Part shown: in pieces, positions 57,400 through 64,000 of the stretch | Layout of the letters: every line of letters starts with the position of its first letter | Numbering within the stretch: the stretch's first letter is position 1 | NCBI GenBank assembly: GCA_965215565.1 | Contig: CBDCDZ010000004.1 | Location: forward strand, 3,008,001-3,072,000 | Direction of reading: 5' to 3' | DNA from: Trueperaceae bacterium | Lineage (GTDB): Bacteria > Deinococcota > Deinococci > Deinococcales > Trueperaceae | DNA length: 64,000 nucleotides | Translations under genes and position numbers: made by a program | Notes under the pieces: model-generated | Database searches by the model: none | What the model was told of the DNA's origin: nothing | Seen by the model: the letters and a program-made list of their open reading frames with translations, nothing else

Positions 57400-58629
57400 A
57401 TGGTGAGGTTTGAAAATCTTCCGCGAGACGCTAGGGTAGACGCACCTCTTTGGGGTCAACTTGTCGGCTTGCCGCCTGGCTCTACCGTTCGGGTTGAGGC
57501 GGCGATGCAAGACGATGTCGGGCAATCGTGGCGGAGTCACGCACTTTACGAAGCGTCCTCGGCAGGAACCGTAGACCTCGCTGCCGCGCAGCCTCTCCGA
57601 GCAGCTTGGTCAGGCTCCGATGCCTACGGTTTGTACTGGTCGATGAAGCCCCAAGACGAACCCACGTCGCCCTTCTCAGCCTATTCGGGGAGCGTATTTC
57701 AGGAGGAGCTTGAGGTCACACTCACCGCCAGTTTAGAGGGTCAAGAGGTCGCTAAGGAACGTATCAAGCGCCACTTCCTCTTTCGCTGTACGCGAGAGAT
57801 GTGGCGGGGTGACGTCACCGCCAACCTCTTCTTGCCCATTTACCCTGATGTTACCCAAGGCGTGCTCGTCATTGGCGGCTCGGTGGGTGGCTTCGCGTGG
57901 TCGAATCAGGTGGCGTCCCTCATCGCCGCGTCAGGGCGAGCGGCTCTGGCGGTGGCTTACTTCGACTGGCGAGGTGAGTTCGGCTTGCCGACGAGCTTGA
58001 CGGAGATTCCCTTGGAGGTGTTCGCGAGCGCGCTAGATAAGTTGAAGGCGCATCCCCAAGTCCTTACCGATGACCCCGCCGTCGTCGGCTTTTCCAAGGG
58101 CGCAGAAGCCGCACTTCTCCTCGCCACCAAACGAGACGACATCCGCAAAGTGGTGGCTTATGCGCCGAGCGCTTACGTCTGGGAGGCGGCGCGAATGAGC
58201 CAGGATGAGAAGGCGAAGTCATCGTGGACGTGGCAGGGTGAGCCACTACCCTTCGCGCGGTTTGACGCGGACGAAGACTTCTACAGGACGTTCGATAAGA
58301 CGAAACTCAGGGCGTTTCATGAACGCGCTTTAGAGGATGAAGAGGTCAGGCGGCGAGCGCGTGTTCCTGTCGAGCAAACCAACGCGCAGATTCTACTGCT
58401 CTCAGGGGCGGAGGACGGAACGTGGCACGCAGACGCTATGTCTGACGCCATTGCTAAAAGGTTCGAAGAGGTCGGCAGAGCCTCACAGGTCCGACACCTC
58501 TTCTTTGAAAACGTAGGACATTCATTTTTCATACCGGGGCTTCCCGCTGACCACGTGGATGGTCTACGGGAAGCCAATGCGCAAGCCGACAGAAAGGCGT
58601 GGGGCGCGTTGCGCAAACAGGTTACGTGA
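57400..58629 (+). CDS. Acyl-CoA thioesterase / BAAT-family hydrolase
   Basis: WRSHALY...GTVDL N-domain; GFSKGAE; SGAED; GH. Confidence 0.85.
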   Translation: MVRFENLPRDARVDAPLWGQLVGLPPGSTVRVEAAMQDDVGQSWRSHALYEASSAGTVDLAAAQPLRAAWSGSDAYGLYWSMKPQDEPTSPFSAYSGSVFQEELEVTLTASLEGQEVAKERIKRHFLFRCTREMWRGDVTANLFLPIYPDVTQGVLVIGGSVGGFAWSNQVASLIAASGRAALAVAYFDWRGEFGLPTSLTEIPLEVFASALDKLKAHPQVLTDDPAVVGFSKGAEAALLLATKRDDIRKVVAYAPSAYVWEAARMSQDEKAKSSWTWQGEPLPFARFDADEDFYRTFDKTKLRAFHERALEDEEVRRRARVPVEQTNAQILLLSGAEDGTWHADAMSDAIAKRFEEVGRASQVRHLFFENVGHSFFIPGLPADHVDGLREANAQADRKAWGALRKQVT

Positions 58630-58681
58630 AGATTCTTCCTCGAGCCGTTCTATGCTCTCTGCCAAGAGTGCACTTGCACTG

Positions 58682-60565
58682 CTAAAAATGCAACGTCTGC
58701 GCCGCTTCGTCTTGGAGGTGGACCGCCGCGAACTCGCCCGCCGCTAACGCGCAGAGTAGCGTGCCTCCCGGTACCTCGAAGAGTGCGTAGTCGCTGAGCG
58801 CACCGAGGGGCGCGCCCGGCATCATCACCACGGCGCTCTCCGGCGCACCCGACGGGCGATCGTGATAGCGGCGCACGCTGAGCGGCTGCCCCGCAACGCG
58901 GAGGTTGAGCGGTTCATCCAGAAGTTGGCGGCGCGTCCCTTTCAGCGACTCGATCAGGTCGTCGTCGGGGGAGGTGACGGCGAGGTGCAGGTGCTGGAGG
59001 AAAATCTCTCGCGCCGAGCCTGCGAAAGGAGTACCGCTCGCTTTGGCGGCGCTCGCACAGAGCCCTTCCAACGCTCGGCGCTTGTCCGGCGCTTGCGCGA
59101 CCAACCGTCCGAGCCGTGTCAAGGCGCGCTTGGCGGTTTCTTGAGGCTCACCTGCTTGACTGCCCACCGCCGTTTTCAAGAGGTCTAAAAACCCTAGGCG
59201 CAGCGTCGTATGAACGGCTAAAGCCTCGGCAATAAGTGCGGACAAGGAGCGCACGTCGTCGCGCACGTCTAAATAGAGGTAGTCCTCCTCTAAAAATGCC
59301 GCGACGCGCTTGCCTTTTTCGCGTAGCTGAACGGCGTCAGCAAAAGACCTCTCTTCGCCTTCCAAGACGAGCGTCCACGCTTGAGGTGAGCCAATGATCG
59401 CAACGTCCACCCCCGCGAGCGAGAAGCGCATCGGTCCTTTGAGCCGCAGCGTTAGCGCGGTTGCGCTACGCGGAATCGCCGTCAAGTTGAGCGCTGAATT
59501 CTCCGCGAATAGCACGCCGCCTGGCAGCCTCGGCTCAGGTGCCGCGCCGCCGATACGTTTGGGCAAAAGCTGCTCTAGCTGCGCGAAGAACATCTCGGCG
59601 GACCGGGCGAACGCCTCGGTGTCGCGTTCGAACATGGAACGCTGCGAACGTTCACGCTCCCACGCGGCTTGCAAGCGGGCTTCTAGGGCGCTACGCTGCG
59701 CCGAGCGCTCGGCGTCGGAGAGCGGTTCGCGGCTCAAGGCTTGAATCATCTGCCGGAGTTGCTGCGCGTCTACATCGTGGCTCGGCAGCGAGCTTAGCCG
59801 CCCCGCATAAGGATTGCGGGCGACGGCTAAGGTGAAGCGGCGCAAGTAGGCGAGCGTTTGCGCTTCGTCAAGCTCGAGCTTCCGGTAGGGGCTTTTAGGC
59901 GCTTTGAAGCTCAGCGCGGTCTCGGCGAATTCGCGCAAAAGCTCCGTCACGCTTCCCACATCGTTGAATGAATACAGAGGGTCAGAGCGCTCTAAGACCG
60001 CCTCTTGGACCTCGAAGTGAACGAGCGTAGGATCGTGGGCGAACGTCTTGGTCTGCGCGTAGCGCGTGAGGTTGCGAAGTGCCCCGTAGAGGAGGCGCAC
60101 CGTGTAGCGCTCACGCTCGGCGCGGTACGTCGCCGCGAGACGCCCCAACGTCCGCTCTACCCCCGCCCACCAAACGCGCTGCGCTAAACGTTTCAAAACG
60201 CGCTGCTCTTCGCGTTCAGCCGGGCTCAGCAGGATGTCCGCTTCACTCGCGAGCACCTGCTTAGCCGCCTCTTCTGCGATGGAGGTGCCCAGCTCCAACT
60301 GATCGAAAGAGAGGTCGAAGGTGACGTCGTCCGCTTCGTCAGAAGTAATCTCCAGCGCCGCTTCAATTACGCCGAGCCGCGCCAATTCCTGGCTCGCCGT
60401 TGCGAACCGCTCTCGCGCCTCGGCGCTCAGCTCCCCCCGAAACTGCGTCAGGTGGCTGTGGAGCGGGGCGACGCTCTGCGCCCCGCCCGTCGGCTCGTAA
60501 CCGGCGACGAGGTCACCTATTTTATATTCGAGAAGCTCGAGCGCCACCATCTCAGGTCTAAGCAT
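58682..60565 (-). CDS. Hypothetical protein
   Basis: 627-aa ORF with host-like composition; TATACT 7 nt before the ATG. Confidence 0.7.
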   Translation of the reverse strand: MLRPEMVALELLEYKIGDLVAGYEPTGGAQSVAPLHSHLTQFRGELSAEARERFATASQELARLGVIEAALEITSDEADDVTFDLSFDQLELGTSIAEEAAKQVLASEADILLSPAEREEQRVLKRLAQRVWWAGVERTLGRLAATYRAERERYTVRLLYGALRNLTRYAQTKTFAHDPTLVHFEVQEAVLERSDPLYSFNDVGSVTELLREFAETALSFKAPKSPYRKLELDEAQTLAYLRRFTLAVARNPYAGRLSSLPSHDVDAQQLRQMIQALSREPLSDAERSAQRSALEARLQAAWERERSQRSMFERDTEAFARSAEMFFAQLEQLLPKRIGGAAPEPRLPGGVLFAENSALNLTAIPRSATALTLRLKGPMRFSLAGVDVAIIGSPQAWTLVLEGEERSFADAVQLREKGKRVAAFLEEDYLYLDVRDDVRSLSALIAEALAVHTTLRLGFLDLLKTAVGSQAGEPQETAKRALTRLGRLVAQAPDKRRALEGLCASAAKASGTPFAGSAREIFLQHLHLAVTSPDDDLIESLKGTRRQLLDEPLNLRVAGQPLSVRRYHDRPSGAPESAVVMMPGAPLGALSDYALFEVPGGTLLCALAAGEFAAVHLQDEAAQTLHF

Positions 60566-60663
60566 AACTTCGAGTATAGAGACTCCGTTCCTCTATGAGA
60601 GTGACCTCTCTAATATGCACTCCACCTCTTCTGCGCGGAGTAAGAAAACTCATTCAGAACGGG

Positions 60664-61719
60664 TCAGACAAGGTTGTCTAGTGCCCCTTTGAGCACCTTG
60701 ATCGCCCGCTCGTATTCCCATAGCGAAAGATATTCACGCGGCGTGTGGTCGAGCGCCGAGTCGCCCGGACCGTACGCCAACATCGGCACGTTCCAGCGCG
60801 GCGCGACCACGTTCATGTCCGACGTGCCCGTTTTAAGCTTGAGGCGCGGCTTGCCCTCTCGGGAGCGTATCGCCGTGCGAAACGCTCTCGTAAGCGGTGT
60901 ATCTTTTGGGCTGCGGTAAGGGACTTCAGAACCGAGAAAGGCCAGGTCCGCGCGGCTCTCAGCCAAAAGGTCCTCCAAGCTCTCCTTAGCCTCTTGTGGC
61001 GGTAACGCAGGCGGCAACCGCAACCCGATGACCCCTTGCGAACGCTGCTCGAGCCCGTCACTCTCACTGCTGATACTTTGCAGCGCCACCTGAACCTGAT
61101 CGAAAATACCTTTGGTATCAGCGTTATATCCGTCCGCCCAAGTCTTGACCTGCTGCCAGCACACGACTAAATCCTCAGCCGCCGTGGTGCCCTCACCCGC
61201 GCTATGAAAGTTCTCTTTTTCCACCTTGAGTTTGAGGACAAGCCGCCCCTTATACCCGAGCGTCACTGCGTCCCAGCCGCTTGGCTCACCGATGATGATG
61301 AGGTCAGGTTTGGGGTAGTTTTGCAGCGCAAACCGCGCCCCCTTGCTGGACGCGACCTCTTCTTCTACCGCGCCGATGAGCGTGAAGGTCAGTTTCTCCA
61401 GGACCTCTTCACTGAGTAGAGAGGCTGCGGCGACTGCTGTACAAAAGGGTCCTTTCGCGTCCACCGAGCCCCGCCCGTAGAGCTTGCCCTCTTTCGTTTC
61501 GACGGGAATCTCACCCGGTACAGTGTCGATATGCCCTAAAAACGTGACGCTGAGGGGTCCGTGTCCGACTCGAGCAACTGCATTACCTGCCTCATCCACA
61601 AACGCCTCTCTTGCGAAGGTGCGCATCTGCGAGACGAGATACGCGGCAACCTCTCCCTCAGAGCCTGAGACGCTGGGGATGGCGATAGTTTGTCTGAGGA
61701 GCCTAGTCGGGTTGAGCAT
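60664..61719 (-). CDS. lysK: [LysW]-lysine/ornithine hydrolase (M20)
   Basis: [32 protein letters not shown] and [12 protein letters not shown]. Confidence 0.92.
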   Translation of the reverse strand: MLNPTRLLRQTIAIPSVSGSEGEVAAYLVSQMRTFAREAFVDEAGNAVARVGHGPLSVTFLGHIDTVPGEIPVETKEGKLYGRGSVDAKGPFCTAVAAASLLSEEVLEKLTFTLIGAVEEEVASSKGARFALQNYPKPDLIIIGEPSGWDAVTLGYKGRLVLKLKVEKENFHSAGEGTTAAEDLVVCWQQVKTWADGYNADTKGIFDQVQVALQSISSESDGLEQRSQGVIGLRLPPALPPQEAKESLEDLLAESRADLAFLGSEVPYRSPKDTPLTRAFRTAIRSREGKPRLKLKTGTSDMNVVAPRWNVPMLAYGPGDSALDHTPREYLSLWEYERAIKVLKGALDNLV

Positions 61720-61758
61720 GAAGCGATGCTAACCCATTAGATTGTAAAGAAGCTCGAG

Positions 61759-62082
61759 CTACTGCGTGACATGCGTTGCAACACCAGCTTTCGCATTACG
61801 CACCGTTTGGTTGACTTTCGGCATTATTTTAGAAACGACCACAAAGGCGTTGCTGTAAGCACGAATGACGACAACTGCTAAATCCAAAACGCCGAGGTTT
61901 TGCTGATGCTCTAAATTTCTGTCCATCGTCACAAAGACATCAAACTCTCTCGCGGCTGAACGAAGGAGTTCACCATTTTGTTTACCCTTCCATCCTCTCT
62001 CGGCAACCGTGATAACTTCAAAGTCGTCGTCAAAGAGGGCTTTAAGCGCTTGGTCTATATTTTCGTCAAGCAGCAGCTTCAT
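61759..62082 (-). CDS. DUF5615 PIN-like protein
   Basis: MKLLLDEN...GWKGKQNGELL...FVTMDRNLEHQQN. Confidence 0.85.
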   Translation of the reverse strand: MKLLLDENIDQALKALFDDDFEVITVAERGWKGKQNGELLRSAAREFDVFVTMDRNLEHQQNLGVLDLAVVVIRAYSNAFVVVSKIMPKVNQTVRNAKAGVATHVTQ

Positions 62083-62281
62083 GCTGCGACTTTATAGACT
62101 CTAACGCTTCTTGCAAAAAGGCTTCTGCTTGTTCGCGTGTTACGGTTGGGAAACCCTCTAAAAACCGTTCTAACGTCTCGCCTGCTTTGAGGTAATCAAT
62201 GAGGATGTCTACTGGTACCCTCGTGCCTGCAAAGACGAGTGCACCGCTCATGATGTTTGGGTTTTGAGACGTGGTTTGCAT
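62066..62281 (-). CDS. DUF433 antitoxin-like protein
   Basis: NPNIMSGALVFAGTRVPV...FLEGFPTVTREQ. Confidence 0.88.
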   Translation of the reverse strand: MQTTSQNPNIMSGALVFAGTRVPVDILIDYLKAGETLERFLEGFPTVTREQAEAFLQEALESIKSQHEAAA

Positions 62282-62334
62282 AATCTCCACCTCGTTTAGC
62301 CAGTCTACTTTAATACGTGAAATATCGTCTACAG

Positions 62335-62931
62335 TTATGTATCGTCTGCGCGCCGCTGGACAGTCACATTTTCTCTAAACTGCCTCCCGAGTTTTGAACG
62401 AAGTGCTGGAACTTCATTTTTCATCGTCTGATGAGCTTCGCTCCAAAGCTCGAGTCCACGACTTTGATCAGGATGCTTAATGCTCAATTTGTACTTCTTG
62501 ACAACATCTTCCATAATCTCAAGTGTAGACTCTATGCTTTTGCACAAGTCGCTGGAAAAATAAATTTTATGCTTCCAATAGTATCCAGAGAGCTGATTGA
62601 AAGTATCCTTCGCTTGCTTTTGCCTTTCAACCTCTTCTTCATTTCCACCCCTTTGAAGAGGATCAACCATATGACCAATGTATTCATATGGGTCATGCAA
62701 CAACTCAAAAGTACGACCTACAACTTCAAATCTCTTTTGATGAAATGAAGAATAACGAGTTTGGTGCTCAAAAAGCTCTGTTTTGACACCTTCTATTCTG
62801 CGCGTAATTTCTTCAATATCTTCTTTAGTGGCGAGATTTTTGCCTTTTTCACTTACATATGAACGGAAGAATGTTTCTACTCCAAGCCAGAGCAGAATCA
62901 GAACGTCAAGAATTAAATCAGCAATTTCCAA
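62335..62931 (-). CDS. Low-GC membrane-anchored helical hypothetical protein
   Basis: N-terminal hydrophobic helix followed by EKGKNLATKEDIEEIT. Confidence 0.65.
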   Translation of the reverse strand: MEIADLILDVLILLWLGVETFFRSYVSEKGKNLATKEDIEEITRRIEGVKTELFEHQTRYSSFHQKRFEVVGRTFELLHDPYEYIGHMVDPLQRGGNEEEVERQKQAKDTFNQLSGYYWKHKIYFSSDLCKSIESTLEIMEDVVKKYKLSIKHPDQSRGLELWSEAHQTMKNEVPALRSKLGRQFRENVTVQRRADDT

Positions 62932-62994
62932 GTCAACCTCTCAGAAAATAGCATTTAGTCAAATCAACTGAGAAGTTTATTTACGTGCTAACTC

Positions 62995-64000
62995 TCATTT
63001 TATCTCTTCCAACACCCTCTTAAACCGCCTCACCACCTCATCCACCTCTTCCTCCGAAATAATCAAAGGCGGCACAAACCGAATCACCATCGCCCCGGCG
63101 TTGATCACAATCACACCTGCATCACGCAAAGCAGAAATGTAAGGCGCAACCTTCTCTTTAAGCTCCACCCCGAGCATCAAGCCGACCCCACGCACCTCGC
63201 GAATTTTGTCGGACTCAATCGCCATCAGCGCCTTGCGAAAGTGATTGCCGACGTGCTTGACGTGCTCCAAGAGGTCGCGCTCTTCAAATTCTTGCAGTAC
63301 AGCCAGCCCAGCCGCCGACGCCAGCGGATTACCGCCAAACGTCGTGCCGTGACCACCTTTAGGCATCCCGGCGGCAACTTCATCGGTCATGAGGAGTGCG
63401 CCGATCGGCACACCGCCGCCCAAACCTTTGGCGAGCGTGACCATGTCGGGCTCTAAGAGGTAGTGCTCAGAGGCTAAGAATGCGCCTGTGCGCCCCACCC
63501 CGGACTGAATCTCGTCCATGATGAGCATCGCGCCGTGATCTTCGGTCAAATCGCGGGCGGCTTGTAAGAATTTGCGCGTCGCGGGGCGAATGCCGCCCTC
63601 GCCTTGGATGGGTTCTAAAAAGACCGCCGCCGTCTCGTCCGTCACCGCTTCCTCTAACTTCTCCACGTTGTTGTAGGGGATGAAGTCCACCTCTTCGATG
63701 AGCTTGCCGAAAGGCTGACGGTACTTCTTCTCCCAAGTGAGTGAGACCGCGCCCATCGTCCGCCCGGAGAAGCCGCGCATCGCCGCGACGAAGCGGGTTT
63801 TGCCCGTGACGGCGCGTGCCCACTTGAGCGCCGCCTCGTTTACCTCAGAGCCGGAGTTAGCCAAGAAAACGCGGTTTAAGGGTGCAGGCACAAAGGTGAA
63901 GAGCTTGTCCAAGAAGTCCGCTCTGGTGCCGTTCCCGACGTTTTGCGCGAAAGCGATGAGCTTGCTCGCTTGCTCGGAGATGGCCTGTTGCAGCCTCGGA
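62995..64000 (-). CDS. lysJ: Class-III aminotransferase, [LysW]-aminoadipate semialdehyde transaminase (5' end outside the window)
   Basis: NSGSEVNEAALK, GFSGRTMG, EPIQGEGG, DEIQSG, AKGLGGG and HGTTFGGNP; close to lysK. Confidence 0.85.
   Translation of the reverse strand, partial: PRLQQAISEQASKLIAFAQNVGNGTRADFLDKLFTFVPAPLNRVFLANSGSEVNEAALKWARAVTGKTRFVAAMRGFSGRTMGAVSLTWEKKYRQPFGKLIEEVDFIPYNNVEKLEEAVTDETAAVFLEPIQGEGGIRPATRKFLQAARDLTEDHGAMLIMDEIQSGVGRTGAFLASEHYLLEPDMVTLAKGLGGGVPIGALLMTDEVAAGMPKGGHGTTFGGNPLASAAGLAVLQEFEERDLLEHVKHVGNHFRKALMAIESDKIREVRGVGLMLGVELKEKVAPYISALRDAGVIVINAGAMVIRFVPPLIISEEEVDEVVRRFKRVLEEIK

Noticed and set aside
1..64000. tRNA or rRNA genes
   Set aside because: No cloverleaf or rRNA signature recognised by eye; a tRNAscan-SE or Infernal run would be needed to be certain.

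Overview
High-GC bacterial chromosome segment, almost certainly Deinococcota and Truepera-like. Supporting signs are LysW-type lysJ/lysK, DUF3208, futalosine mqnC, Thermus c552-like cytochromes and many leaderless TANNNT-N5-7-ATG starts. The first ~16.6 kb appears to be the right arm of a Tn7-like element (tnsA-tnsB-tniB/tnsC-tniQ). It is inserted into comM at the conserved GGGxxPRPGE motif, and its other end and the 5' half of comM are not in the window. The apparent cargo has two parts. One is a polymorphic toxin locus: a HINT-EndoU toxin with MafI-like immunity, an IS3 copy, an orphan HINT-EndoU/immunity cassette and a silent HINT remnant. The other is a co-directional envelope cluster of a YD-repeat protein, an Ig-like lipoprotein, an S8 protease, a lone secretin and a small lipoprotein; together these are the best candidate for an undescribed toxin-delivery system. 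The TniQ carries an unusual ~185-aa C-terminal domain. The rest of the window is mostly core genome: a caa3 oxidase operon with a subunit IV-double cytochrome c552 fusion, rbsK, fni, two more S8 lipoproteins, rocD, pdxH, msrA, mqnC, acuBC and lysK/lysJ. There is also a decayed IS1/IS630/toxin-antitoxin patch at 29-31.4 kb, a TA-targeting MITE family and several palindromes. All calls come from motif reading by eye; no database searches were run.
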